Under the pieces are notes generated by a model. It was given only the letters and a program-made list of their open reading frames with translations, made no database searches and was not told the origin of the DNA. DNA of 64,000 nt from Mobula hypostoma (taxonomy: Eukaryota), in contig NC_086097.1 in assembly GCF_963921235.1 (NCBI RefSeq), forward strand, positions 80,044,001 to 80,108,000. The letters run 5' to 3'. The position numbers and the translations under genes are program-made. Shown one piece after another: positions 1 to 12,530 of this stretch (the first letter of the stretch is position 1; each line of letters opens with the position of its first letter).

Positions 1-315
1 CAGTCAAGTGCTCCACCAGATTGCCGGAGGCGGTGTAGAGTGGCGTCCATGCTAGAGTCAGTGCTGCTCTCCAGCGTTCATTCAGCAGATGACCCATTGT
101 ATTGTGTTTGACTGCTACAACATTCATGGATTCAGGAACTTTATTTTACTGCTATTTTACAGTGACTGTATTTTACTGCTATCTTATATGTGCTATGCTG
201 CATGTGTCCTATGCTGTGTACGACTGTTGGTACAGTGTTTTGCACTTTGGCCCTGGAGTAACATTGTTTCATTTGGCTGTATTCCTGGGTGGTTGAATGA
301 CAATTAAACTTGAAT
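1..315 (+). repeat. Probable 3' part of a non-LTR retroposon/SINE-like repeat
   Basis: TG-rich tail ending in 'gaatgacaattaaacttgaa', similar in style to other LINE-type 3' tails in the window. No coding motif. Confidence 0.35.
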
Positions 316-1034
316 TTTAACTTCTTTAGTTGTTTTCTAAGAACACTCAGACTCACCCATGCAAGTGTGGACTGCAAATGATGTTAAACTGGTTGGCTGC
401 CCCTTCCAGAAACTCCTTAGAAAATCAGTTACAACAATCTGAGGTTCTTTTTGGCCACTTTGGCTGCAAGCCTATGACTATCTAAACTTTTTATTAAATG
501 TGTTAGGATGGTGCCATTGGAACTTGGACACAGATTACTGGACTGGAACCAAAACTGCTGAGCTGTTATATCCCAAATGTCACTTTAATCAACCAGCTGG
601 ACTGCTGTGCCATCAGCTTAATTCCTGCTGGTTTGATATGCTCACAGTCAACTTCACAGAACTAAACTACATACCATCAAGCTCCATGTCACCCATTTCT
701 TGATTCAATAGTATGAAAACCACATTTTCATACCTCTCGCTTTGTCCCTGATATGCAGAAGTATACATCAGGTAGATCACCAGCTTAACTTACAATAATA
801 CTATTCACATCATAGTCAATAAAGCTAGACTTTGTTTCCTTAAGAATTGATAAAGTATTTAAAGGGTTAACACAGTCAGTTAAACATAGCAGGCTGTTTT
901 TTCCTGAAAGAAATCGCTGATGATCAACAGATGTGCTAAGCCATGCTGAGCCATATTTCTTCTTGGAGTTAGACAGCGTTTCAAGGGCTTTGTTTCTTTG
1001 TGCAGTTATCTACATAGATAAAACTGCTCCAGCT

Positions 1035-1325
1035 TGTTCTGTGTATGTGGCCATTATGCCTATTTTGTAATTTGTCTTTCGGAACTGTCATATACGTATA
1101 TAAGTCTGGCTCCAGCCTGTCTTATGTGGGGGTATCTGAACGACTATATCTATTTTGTAAGGGGAATTGTGAGTTAGTTGGTGGATCGGGCAGGAACAGT
1201 CACAGTCACAGACTGTTGCTGTTAGAGCAATTAACAGAAGCACCCTGGAGCCTTTGAATAAAGGGTTTATATTTATACGATCTCTCGGAGTGACTTTACC
1301 CGGATTCGACTTCCACAGAATAACA
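1035..1325 (+). mobile_element. Solo-LTR-like sequence (~290 bp)
   Basis: Starts TGTT and ends AACA with an imperfect terminal inverted repeat (ttctgtg/cacagaa). TATA-like 'tatataag' at ~1098 and AATAAA at ~1257. No clear TSD. Confidence 0.4.
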
Positions 1326-1649
1326 CCTCAAATTGAGAAATATGATGATGGAATACTGAATTTGGAATTTAGTTTAAGGTTGGAATTTTGGAATTCTATC
1401 ATCCTAATGCAATAACTTCGTCCCAGATCCATACTCAGAAATATTCTAAAACACAAATTCTGGATGCTGAAGAGTAGGTGTACTGAAGAGTAGGCTTGGG
1501 AACAGCCATATTCCCCTATTTCCTTAGACCGCAGAAGGCCATTTAGCACACTGAGTTAATGATGATTTACAAATCAATCCAGTTTCCTTACAACTTTCCC
1601 TGAAATACTCTACACACATTCCATCCCACCTACACTATAAGCTATTAAT

Positions 1650-1805
1650 AGAAGCCAATTACCAACCAACTTGCACAGCTTCAGCAAGTAGAAGGAATCC
1701 AAAACACCCAGAGGATACCCATGTGATCAAAGGATGAATATGCAAATTCCACATGGAAAGCACTGAGGTCAGGATTGAACTCAAGTCACTCTAGATGTGA
1801 ACTGT
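1650..1805 (-). mobile_element. Degenerate tRNA-derived V-SINE/HE1-like SINE
   Basis: 'ggaatccaaaacacccagaggatacccatg...atgcaaattccacatggaaagcactgaggtcaggattgaactc' resembles the reverse complement of the V-SINE core. B-box-like 'agttcaatcc' on the minus strand. Confidence 0.6.
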
Positions 1806-2147
1806 TCTGAAGCAATAAAAACAAGACTTGACCAACAAAATGTTTGGGTTGGGTAAAGATAGGGTAGGGAGTGGCAGTAAATTGTTAGGCAAGTCTGTGA
1901 AAGCCTGCAATTACACAGAGAACAGATATAAATACAAGGATGAAGATAACTGAATGATTGAAGGCCTACTGTTCCTATTTTATAGAGGATTTTTTACTAT
2001 GAAATATCTTATGGTCTATTCGAGATTGAATAGGATGCCAAAGATAGAATAGCACACGGACAGTAGAATTTGTGGCAAGGTTATAAACTTTTTGTTAGAA
2101 GCCAAGATGTCTGCAGCTTGTCCAATATCAACGAAAACCAAGAAGCA

Positions 2148-2360
2148 TACATCAAAGTTGCTGGTGAACGCAGCAGGCCAAGCAGCATCTATAGGAAGAG
2201 GCGCAGTCGACGTTTCAGGCCGAGACCCTTCGTCCTGACGAAGGGTCTCAGCCTGAAACGTCGACTGCGTCTCTTCCTATAGATGCTGTTTGGCCTGCTG
2301 CGTTCACCAGCAACTTTGATGTATGTTGCTTGAATTTCCAGCATCTGCAGAATTCCTGTT
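2148..2360. mobile_element. Palindromic mini Penelope-like insertion (inverted pseudo-LTR halves)
   Basis: Arms 2148-2234 and ~2237-2324 are near-perfect reverse complements. TSD gaaaaccaagaagca at 2133-2147 and 2361-2375. The sequence is the same type as the termini of the GIY-YIG-coding copies at 42380-44418 and 59404-60708. Confidence 0.9.
2231..2266 (+). ncRNA. Minimal type I hammerhead ribozyme motif (PLE pLTR)
   Basis: cgtc-CTGACGA-agggtctcagcct-GAAAC-GTC-gact: CUGANGA and GAAA core with a GUC cleavage triplet. Confidence 0.7.
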
Positions 2361-2867
2361 GAAAACCAAGAAGCATTGTTTTGTTATGAATTGCTTTGAT
2401 TTGAAAAACATGTATATAAACTACGCTGTTAAAAAACTCAAGACATTTGAATTTTTATACAATTAGCTCTACACACTGGATCATCATCTGGTTAGGTATG
2501 GTTAAATTAAAACTTATTTCATGAGATGTCCCTAGAATGCTTTTGATGATCAGAAAAAGATCTTGCCGTAAAAATGATCAGATCGATGACAAACAAATTT
2601 GTGACCAGTTGTCACAGTTCTGCAGCAACTAAAGATGGAACACAAAAAAAAGTGTTTGGTGAAAAAAAGAATGGTCATTTTCCTTTTCAGTTATCTTTTC
2701 AAATCAGTCTTAATCCAAACTGAATGTCACATTAGGTAATATTCTAAACATAAATGAAAGGGTACTGAAAATAAGAATAGATCATAAAGTATCACAAAAG
2801 CTGTTTAAAAAGAGAAGAAAATTACTATTCTTGTTCTACAAGTACTCTGCCTTCCTTTCATAAAGAA

Positions 2868-3141
2868 GAGAAAATTTGCAGATGCTGGAAATCCAAACAA
2901 CATACAAAAAATGCTGGAGGAACTCAGCAGGCCAGGCAGCATCTATGGAAAAGAATACAGTTGACATCTTGGACCCTTCAGCAGGACTGGAGGAAAAGAG
3001 ATGGAGAGTAGAGTTTAACTCTACTCCTCATCTTATTTTCTCCAGTCCTGCTGAAGGGTCTCGACCCAAAACATCGACTGTATTCTTTTCCATAGATGCT
3101 GCCTGGTCTGCTAAGTTCCTCCAGCATTTTGTGTGTGTTAC
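2868..3141. mobile_element. Palindromic PLE pLTR derivative, second/older subfamily
   Basis: Inverted repeat centred on agtagagtttaactctact (~3007-3025). Degenerate hammerhead agtcctgctgaagggtctcgacccaaaacatcgact at 3044-3079. Confidence 0.8.
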
Positions 3142-5004
3142 TCTTGACTCCTTTTTCAATGCACATCATCATCAACACCATGGCCTACTGAATTTGAGTG
3201 AGTATGAATTACACACTAAAGCAAACAAAAATAATTGCATATGCTTCATAATCTTTATTTCTTTTGTAATCATTCCACCTTTCAGCAAATGTTATTCCCA
3301 ACAAACTCAAGCAATGAAGTTTAAAATCAAAGGAAAATGATGAGACTAAAGGGGACTATTTAGCCTATTGTATCTGTGGTGCTCAGCAAAGAACCACCCT
3401 TCCTTATTCCATTTTCCAGCATAAGGTGCATAACCCTATAGATTACATTTCTTCAATACATCCAAGTATTTTTTTTAACAACAATTATGGTTTCGAGCTC
3501 CACTATCCTTTCAAGCATTGAATTCAACACCTTTATCCACTAGCTGAAAAGGTCTTTCCACACTTAGCAGAATAATCAAAACAACCACCCTCTCTAAACA
3601 GGTAAAAAATTATCAAGAATTAAAAAGCTTAGCTGAACTTTTACTCTTTTGGTCCACTGATGCACCTTTACTGACATCTCAAATCAGCAGCAAACTTACT
3701 GTGGCTCAGATATTCAACAATTTAATGTACAAGGCCACATTAAAACATTTAAAGCAAACTGAATAAATGAATGAAACCTATAGAGTGTTACTTTTTGGCA
3801 TAAATTGCAATTGCATAAATACTTTAACTGCCAAATAACTTTTCTCAGATATTACTAAGCTTGTAAAGCTTCCCGGGAGTTGTTCCCTATTGCATAGGAT
3901 CAAAAGTTTGGCAAGGATTCTTGTGCCTCTGGAAGGAAAAGGGAAAAGGAATTTGGGGCAGGGAGAGCAGTAACCAGGGGTAAAGGTTAGTGGCAGACAA
4001 GTGTAATTGCTGCATTATCAAAATAGAGCAACTGCAACAAATGATAACCCAATAAAAGATCTCTGTATCTTAGCAACCTCAGTAATAAACTGGGTTGTTC
4101 AAAGCAACATAACGCCTACCCATTATTATCATCTGCTTTCTTTCAAATAGAAACTCTCAGAATTCCCAGCTCCCAGCAGGCAAATATCCATAGGCAATAA
4201 TAACATATTTTGATATCATGCCTTCTGCATCTTTCACCAACAATGAAACAACTGTTCTCTCCTATAACCAAATACTGTGCACATGCTACTATGCTGCAGA
4301 TTATATGATCATTGAGCAGTAAACTAGATGATACAATACTCCTTTCAGATAGTCCTGAACTATCAGGCTACAAGTCATGCTTAATGAACATATCACTGAC
4401 AGATTAAGTAGGGGAATGATAACACCTGGCAAACAGTATTCAAGTTGGATCACACTCAAACCCCTCTAGGCAAGCAAATAACAATTCACAATTCTGCAGA
4501 ATGATAGCCTTGAATCCACACATTGCTTTTAAAGAAAAGTAATTTATCAATCAGCTAAACTTACAACTAAAATATGAATTGGAGCTTTCACCATGAAAAT
4601 ATTTTATTCTGTTGGGTTTATCAATCAGAAATGTGCTATTTAATGAAATCTTACAATCTTTAGTGCATAAACACTGAATTCTTTGTATCAGATAATAAAT
4701 GAACTACACAGTATTTTGGAGCACTCCAACACATCCAAAAGTAGCACAAGACTTGTTTGTATCTGATGTCAATTTTAATAAGTATAGACACCCATTTAAC
4801 TAGGCAAATCAATTTATCTTCACAGGTTTTCAAAATCTAATCAGTAATATCTAGCAGTAGAAAAACAAAGCATCTCAATTCCCTGGAAAATGCATGTCAT
4901 CTCATATCAACACTGACAATCTGCCACTTGCAAACTGTCAATCTGAAAAGTGTAAGAATATTCTTGTGGTGCACTGGATGAAAAGCTTTACCATTGAAAG
5001 TAAA

Positions 5005-5704
5005 CAACATACATCAAAGTTGCTGGTGAACGCAGCAGGCCAGGCAGCATCTATAGGAAGAGGGACAGTCAACGTTTTGGGCCAAGACCCTTTGTCAGGA
5101 CTAACTGAAAGAAGAGCTAGTAAGAGATTTGAAAGTGGGTGGGGGAGGGGGAGATCCAAAATGATAGGAGAAGACAGGAGGGGGAGGGATGGAGCCAAGA
5201 GCTGGACAGCTAATTGGCAAAAGGGATATGAGGATCATGGGACAGGAGGCCCAGGGAGAAAGAAAAGGGGGAGGGGGGTAAAAACCCAGAGGATGGGCAA
5301 GGGGTATAGTGAGAGGGACAGAGGGAGAAAAAGGAGAGAGAGAGAAAGAATGTGTGTATGTAAATAAATAACAGATGGGGTATGAGGGGGAGGTGGGGCA
5401 TTAGCGGAAGTTTGAGAAGTCAATGCTCATGCCATCAGGTTGGAGGCTACCCAGACAGAATATAAGGTGTTGTTCCTTCAACCTGAGTGTGGTTTCATCT
5501 TTACAGTAGAAGAGGCCATGCATAGACACATCAGAATGGGAATGGAACGTGGAATTAAAATGTGGGGCCACTGGGAGATCCTGCTTTCTCTGGCGGACAG
5601 AGCGTAGGTGTTCCTATAGATGCTGCCTGGCCTGCTGCATTCACCAGCAACTTTGATGTGTGTTGTTTGAATTTCCTGCATCTGCAGAATTCCTCGTGTT
5701 TGTG
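5005..5704. mobile_element. Penelope-like insertion: minus-strand pLTR plus GIY-YIG C-terminus, then a short plus-strand pLTR end
   Basis: 5401-5612 encodes the GIY-YIG C-terminus (...RLKEQHLIFCLGSLQPDGMSIDFSNFR) on the minus strand. 5613-5704 is the inverted pLTR end. TSD ccattgaaag at 4991-5000 and 5705-5714. Degenerate hammerhead at 5067-5102 (-). Confidence 0.9.
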
Positions 5705-6187
5705 CCATTGAAAGCAAATGTATTCCCTTCTTTGGGCTCCTTACAACTTTATTGTAAAATCAAAAATGATATTTCCGAAGAGCAGCACATTTTCCCACAC
5801 AATCCTATTCTGCCTTGATTATTTTACTGCCTGAAAATCTACCGATATATCCATACTAAAAATAAAGCTTTGACCAACATCATATCTGGCGTGACATGTA
5901 AATATACAGGCACATTTCATATCCACCACTTTGAATCTCCAATGCCTCTCATCTAACCTAAAATAGTCTAAAGCCACCATACACAACCACGAGGAAATCT
6001 TCACCAGCAACTTTTATGTGTGTTGCTAAACCCACCACAGTTCAATTTCCCTGCAATGTATTTAAAAGAGGATTACGAAGACCAAAATAAAGACAGAAAG
6101 TAGTGTGGATTTCTGATCGCTGTCACCATTCTTATTTGAAAATATATGCAAGTTATTATGGGATGACCTAATAATTATTTTCACCAC

Positions 6188-6350
6188 AGACACAAGAGAT
6201 TCTGCAGATGCTGGAAATCTTGAGGAACATACACAAAATGTTGCAGGCATTCAGCTGGTCAGGCAACATTTTTGGAGGGAATTAAACAGTCAATGTTTGG
6301 GCCCAAAACCTGTCAGTAAGATGAAGGGTGTCAGCCCAAAAGTTGTCTGA
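6188..6350. mobile_element. Degenerate PLE pLTR fold-back remnant
   Basis: 'cacaagagattctgcagatgctggaaatc...cagtcaatgtttgggccc' followed by the inverted 'gatgaagggtgtcagcccaaaagttg'. Confidence 0.6.
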
Positions 6351-6409
6351 CTGGGATGCAAATGGAGGTCAATGACAAAATTATTGTCAACAGCCACTGA
6401 GTCCAAATA

Positions 6410-7150
6410 GGTTCAAAGATTCAAAGTACTGTACATTTATTACCAAAATATATTTGCAGTATACAATCCTGAGATTAGTCTTCCCACAGACAGCCACGAA
6501 ACAAAAAAATAACAGGGAACGAAAAACATCAAACCCATCCCCAAGCAGAGAAAAAAAACAAACTGCACAAAAGGAAAAAAAACTAATGAAAAACACAGAA
6601 CAAAAGCACAAAATAGAAAAAGTCCAGGCATATTCATCCCAGTTCAATCCAACGCTGTGTTGTTAACTATCTGCGGGCCACCCCAACCAAATTCGCACAA
6701 AATAGCAACAAAAAAAGGAGCAACCAAAAACACATCATAAAGTGAACTACAGAGTCCAATCCACAAACTGCATCAATTAAACCTTGTCCAAGACTCAGGG
6801 CTCCAGCACAGTCTTCTGGCAGCATTGAGCAAGAGGGAGAGAGACCATTCAAACACAGGATCCTCCTCTGGGAGCAGGGAGCAAAAGACTGGCAGCAGTA
6901 CTGAATACCCGCTTGCCCTCTGCTTTTGCCTCAATGATCTTCAATCTTCCTTGGCGCTTTAATCAGTGAGATTGGCGAGAACTGGAGTCAAGCATGGGTG
7001 TGTGCCCTGTCTCCAAGCTTCTTGGCCTCAAGACAGCATGCTTTGCTCAAAACCCCACTCAATCAGTCAGAGACAGCAAAGTGCCAGGTCGCTCAATTGG
7101 TTTGAAAAACACACTACCAAAATGCAGACTACAGGCTCCTACAGCAGCAA
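6410..7150 (-). mobile_element. Non-coding retroposon (same 3' tail family as 44420-44648)
   Basis: The reverse complement of 'ttcaaagattcaaagtac...tatacaatcctgagattagtcttcccacagacagcc' matches 'cagctgtctgtgggaagacgaatctcagggttgcatac...ataaatgtacttgaatcttt' at 44571-44646. Confidence 0.6.
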
Positions 7151-7989
7151 AGCTTGAAATGAGTAAGAAATAAAGTCAGAAATGTTAAATGCAAACTGAA
7201 ATGTAATTCAGCAAGGTATTAAATAAGGAAACATCAGGAAATTTTTAGAAACAAAACCAACAAATGGTACAAGTGTCACAAATATAACATAACTGGAGCC
7301 AAGGAGCCAATAGGACTCCACTTGATTCGACAGCATCTTTACTTAGAGGACCGAATTATTGAGTGATGATCGGCAACAGCAAATACTACACAAAGGAATC
7401 AGATACAGGATCAACAGAATTACAGAGGAAGAATGAAGAGAAAAATGCACAGTTGGGACAGGAACTCAAGAAATACATCATAGGAAATGGAGGGGTAAAG
7501 GACAAAAAAAGAGAACATTCACAAACTAGCAGTAAAGAAGCAAGAAACTTAAACTGGGAGTGGAACACAAACAGTTGAGGATGAACTGAAAGATTAGAGT
7601 GAAGAAAGAAACAAAACAAGGGAGGAAGTAAAAAAAGGAAACTAAAATGAGGAAAGAGAGAGGGAGCAGTTACATCAGTCAAAGATAGGTGGTATATTAA
7701 ACCCAAGTTTTAAATTAAAGATGACTCTTAGTGGAGAAAGGGGGAAGAGTTTAAAATTACACAATTTTAATAAGTTATTCTATTTTAGATGTGGTTTGAA
7801 GAATGGTACCTGGGGGGCAGTGGGATGTGCTAAGAATAAATCTTTAAGGAGCAGAATAAAAGAAGTGAGAGAAGCTTTAGTATAAGCTATTTTATTCTGG
7901 TAGACAGATGGTTTTTGGATTTCTCTCCAAGAGATAACCATCATTTCCTAGGAGATGGGCTTCAGTTAAAGAAAGAGAATGGACTTAGC

Positions 7990-8460
7990 AAAATACTGTG
8001 GATCCTGAAAATCCAAAATAAAAACTAAAAATGCTGGAAATACTCAGTAGATCAGTCCGTGCAGAGACAGCATCCACATTTACGGTCAATTACCTTTTAT
8101 TCAAAATTGCAAAAAGATATAAATGAAACTAGTTTTAAATTGAAGAAAAAGAAGAAAGGGCAGAAAGAATGAAAGGGTAGGAAGTGGGATACAGGGGAGA
8201 TTAAATGACACTAATGAACGATACTGTTTGGAAGAGGGTGATAAAAGTGGGATTGAAAGGGGTGCAAATATGAAAAGATGAATGAAATCTTAAAAGCAAG
8301 AGGGGAGAGAGAAGGGAGAATGTTTGTTGGAAATGTGCAATAACTGACTGGGATACCCAATAACTTAATGTTGTTAATTCTATGCTGAGTTCTCAAAGCT
8401 ACAACATGCAAAGTCAGAAAATAAAGGGTCGTTCCTCAAGTTTAAGTTGAACTCTCGAGC
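7990..8460 (-). mobile_element. Old, degenerate Penelope-like remnant (pLTR plus GIY-YIG end)
   Basis: pLTR-like 'gaaaatccaaaataaaaactaaaaatgctggaaatactcag', then a purine-rich tract. The minus-strand translation near 8365-8450 (QLKLEERPFIF...) resembles RLEEQHLIF. Confidence 0.5.
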
Positions 8461-9129
8461 TCAGTTAGCTTTGATTTTGATTTTATTTATATTTGAAGAA
8501 CTCTTTGTACATTGTAAAATGAAAACTTGGAAGAAAATTTAAATTTAGAGTTACTTATATGAGTAAAACCTTTGCTAATTCAGCTATATTTATTTGGTGT
8601 TCTTTTGTTAAATAAGAGTACAAAGCAGTTTTTTTTCATTCCTTTATGTTCTTTAGATTATAAATTAGATTATTGATCTCTTAATGCAACAAAAAGTCAA
8701 ATATTTTATTTAAAATCTGCTAATCAGATACAGAAGCAACAAGATTTTCAAATAGTAGGAACATTTCATAAAATTAAATTGAATGCCTTTAGACATAGGT
8801 GATTAAATCTGGGAATCATAGCCAGCAATGCTGATCTTAATGGGCCCCTGTGCCTCTCTGGGAAACACTGAAACAACAGGATTGTATGATACCTGTTACA
8901 ATGTTATCACAATCAATATTGTTGCAAGTCAGCCAAAAGGTTACAAATTCTCCACAGTTCCAGATATTAAACATACGCAGGAGCAAATCTCCAGAAGCAA
9001 AACAACACCTTGTCTTTATGTTGAGTAGTTTATTCAGAATATTTAATGTCAATTTATTCAAGACAAGTTAAAACTATTACTTGTCTTTCAAGTCCTTCAC
9101 TTTTGCACTGGACTTGCCTGTTGCTTGCC

Positions 9130-9700
9130 TGAGAACTGTTGTACGCTATTGGCGTTCAAATGCAAAAGGGATGTTCCATCATTGCTCTCTGCTTCCTATC
9201 AGCACCATCACTTTGGATCCAATTTACCATTTGACTTAGATGGTGTGGACTCCAACCATTTGGACCAACCTCCAAGGGACCTTGTGAAAAGATTCACTTA
9301 AGTCAGTGAAACTTGCACCAGCTGCACTATCTTCATTAACTAATGTATTTTCTTAACTTTTTGAAACATTCAGTCAAACTGGTCAGACAGAAATCTGACT
9401 AACAAAGCCAAACTGACTATCTTTGATTAATTTCCTGCTTAAAAAAGTAAAGATTAATCCTGTCCCTTTAATTTTTCCAACAACATCCTCTCACAAATAT
9501 TAGTCTTGCGGGGAGTTTGCAGGTTCATTTTAGTTGGCCTTCTTGAATAAAGGCAGCACAACTGTTGTCCTTCAGTCAGCTGGCAGTTCACTTGTGATGA
9601 CTAAAGATTTAAAGATCTTTGTCTGAGCACAGCAATCTTCTCCCTTGCTTCCTATTGCAGCTGGGGGTTGGTCTATTCAAGTTCTGTGGTCTTATCCACA
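9130..9700 (-). mobile_element. Highly degenerate CR1 RT remnant
   Basis: Minus strand 'actgacttaagtgaatcttttcacaaggtcccttggaggttggtccaaatgg' resembles DFSKAFDKVPHxRLVQKV. Confidence 0.5.
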
Positions 9701-9747
9701 TATTAAAATACTTAATATTTTCTCCAAATATGTTTCAGAAATTTACA

Positions 9748-10080
9748 CAGGTTCATTTATTTATCATATGCACATCAAAACACACAATGAAATGCATTCT
9801 TTGCATTAACAACCAACACAACCCAAGGATATGCACCAACATATACTGACCATAATGTTCAACAGAACACAAGCAACACATTGACAATAACAAAACCAGT
9901 AAGAGCAAGACAAGTCTCTTTCCCACCCTCCCATCCATTCACTCACACAAACAGACAGGCCTCCAATTGCAAGGCAAGCTTCCTCCAGGCCTCTCACTGC
10001 AGTTCTTATCCTCGGACTCAGACTAGCAGACATTGGGCCTCCAGCCTCCAGTCCCTGGCTCAGACTAGCAGACACTGGAG
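9748..10080 (-). repeat. SINE-like/non-autonomous retroposon fragment
   Basis: LINE-type tail (reverse complement 'tgcatatgataaataaatgaacctg') plus an internal direct repeat 'ctcagactagcagaca' at 10017 and 10059. Confidence 0.4.
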
Positions 10081-10124
10081 TATGTTAGTCACTTATTAAG
10101 TCAGTTATAGTTTCCACACAAGTA

Positions 10125-10569
10125 CGAGGGGTGATTGATGAGTTTGTGGCCTAAGGTAGAAGGTGTCAATTTCAGAAAACCTAGCACTCTTATTTTTCAA
10201 TATAGTCCCCTCCAACATTTTACACACTTAGTCGAGCAGTCTTGGAGCATACAGATCTTGGACCTCCAGAAAATATCCACAGATGGGTGATTGATAAGTT
10301 TGTGGTCTAAGGTAGAAGGAGATGAGTTATACAGCTCTCGTTACATGCACATGCAGGTCAACTCTTTGAGTGGTTATGCAGAAAGTTTGAAGTTAATAAC
10401 TCATCTCCTTCCACCTTAGGCCACAAACTTATCAATCACCCCTGCTGTGGACACTTTCTGGAGGTCCAAGATCCGCTCCACGACCGCTCAACTAAGTGTG
10501 TAAATGTGGAGGGGGGCATGTAGAAAAATAAATGTGCTACCTTAGGCCACTAACTTATCAATCAGCTCG
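10125..10569. mobile_element. Mariner-type MITE, palindromic, with internal TIR copies
   Basis: TA then cgaggggtgattgat...tttgtggcctaaggtagaagg at the left end, with its reverse complement at the right end. Paralogue at 57877-58475. Confidence 0.85.
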
Positions 10570-11042
10570 TGTATATTACTTCTCTGCACTAAAGCACCTT
10601 AGAGTGATTTATTTAGAGTGATTGTGGTGCAAATAACACCTCAGTGAGCAACTGCTTGCATATTCCTCCAGCATTGCTAACATGTATATTTGCTACTTTT
10701 CCAGTTCCAATTTTAGTGATTGGTTTGCTGCAATGAATTTTCATTTATTTAAGTGCTGACAAAGATTATAAAGCTGGGCCTTTTATGCTGTGTATATTAA
10801 CATTTACTTTAGTTTATTAACTTATTCAGATATTTTCTACGTTAAAAAACTTGAATTAGAAGACAAGCTCTATTAAAATAGGTGCACATAGAACGATGAG
10901 AAAAAACTTACTCAGAAATTACTACTCTGGCTTTGAACTCAGCTTTCAACAAGTTAGTAGCTGACTTTATGATAAGTTTTCACTGGCACTGCAATGAAAA
11001 CCTTTTGTTGATTTGAAATGGCTGCTGCTTAAAAAAACAATC

Positions 11043-11790
11043 TAACCCACATGTTTTGGTCATGTCCCCTGTTGCAGAAATATATTGGAAAGATATTTTT
11101 GATATTATTTCAACGGTTTTAAATATAGACTTACAACCGCATCCAATTACTGCTATTTTTGGACTACCAATGATAGATTTAAATAATTTAACCTCTTCAT
11201 CACGAAGAATGATTGCATTTCTTACTTTAATGGCCAGAAGGTCTATTTTATTGAATTGGAAAGAGATTAATCCTCCTAAGGTATTTCATTGGTTTTCACA
11301 AACTATGCTGTGTTTGAATTTGGAGAAAATTAGAAGTGCAGTTTATGACCCTTCCATCAAGTTTGAAAAAACTTGGAGGCCATTCATTCAGCATTTTCAC
11401 TTAATGTAATATCTTTATTTCCAAACCTATTCTATTTCTCTGTATTGTTGTTGGAAGGGAATGGAGTCGTTGGCACTGAGGTTTTCTTCTTTTTCATTTT
11501 TAAGTTCTTAGATTTGCCCAAGTCTTTTAGTTTAGTTGATTAATTTTGTCTTTCTTTTGGGTTGGGGTTTTCTTTTTGGTTTTGGTTTTTTTTTCTTTTT
11601 CATGTTTTTTTTTAGTTTTTTTTTATCTGTTTTATCCATTCTTAGTTTTACATGATTGGGAGCTTTGTCAAATTTCAATATTGGACTTTACAATTACTGT
11701 TTGTAAGTGTAACAATTTATCTCCTATTATTTGTATCATTGCTATGTTTTGTTTATATATTCTAAAATTAATAAAGAGATTGAAAAAAAA
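11043..11790 (+). mobile_element. 5'-truncated L1-type LINE (ORF2 C-terminus, 3'UTR, polyA)
   Basis: LTHMFWSCP and ...ARRSILLNWK...LEKIR...FEKTWRPF are typical of the fish L1 ORF2 end. T-rich UTR, AATAAA at ~11770, A tail. TSD aaaaaaacaatc at a TT/AAAA site (11031-11042; ~11785-11796). Confidence 0.85.
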
Positions 11791-12415
11791 ACAATCCATG
11801 ACAAAGGAAAAGGCATAAAGGAAGGACATGAATGTAAAATACAAAATAATGACATCAGTAGGAAACAGAAGTAAGAGTATATTAAATTTAACTAGTTTTG
11901 CGCTATACATGAATTTAAATCAGTATGAGATGCTTTTTTTCTAATTGTTTTAATATCTAAATATTCAGTGCAGTGAGCAGCCTTCTGATTAGTACAGTCA
12001 CTTTCCCTACAAGCACACTTACACCATTATCCAGAGATTGGACTGCATTTATTTCTGTGTGCTAATATAGTGCTGCATTTAACATTAGTGTTTAAATGGT
12101 CACACTCAAAGAAAGTTTTGAGAAATTGGTTAAGAACAAATTTAAACATCTATTAGTTTGACTTACATTCAAAAGGAAGTTTTGTAAAGGGACTTGCATA
12201 GTTCTCATTGGACCACACTGAATTTAGCACTTTGCTGTACAGTGAGCAAAAAGAAGGGCATCAGCAAGGCACATTCCCCTTAGCAGCAATATACCTAGTA
12301 ACTGCCACAGATAAAAAGAACCAGGAATATAAGGAGCTATAGGAAAGAACCAGACTTTTCTGATTGGGAATGCATGAGCAACTACGCATTCTACAATAGA
12401 ACATTGAACATGAGG

Positions 12416-12530
12416 CAACACACATAAAAAATGCTGGTGAACGCAGCAGGCCAGGCAGCTCATCAGTATTTTTTATGTGTGGTGCTTGAATTTCCAGCAT
12501 CTGCAGATTTCCTCATGTTTGCGTTTTTAA
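12416..12530. mobile_element. Minimal 115-bp PLE fold-back insertion
   Basis: caacacacataaaaaatgctggtga ... catcagtattttttatgtgtggtg inverted, followed by the pLTR tail. TSD attgaacatgagg at 12403-12415 and 12531-12543. Confidence 0.85.

Noticed and set aside
4894..5423. Recurrent ORFs such as MLVNAAGQAAS... / ...DAAWPAAFTSNFDVCC (also at 2070, 38566, 44126, 59358)
   Set aside because: Chance translations of the non-coding PLE pLTR. They recur because the repeat recurs.
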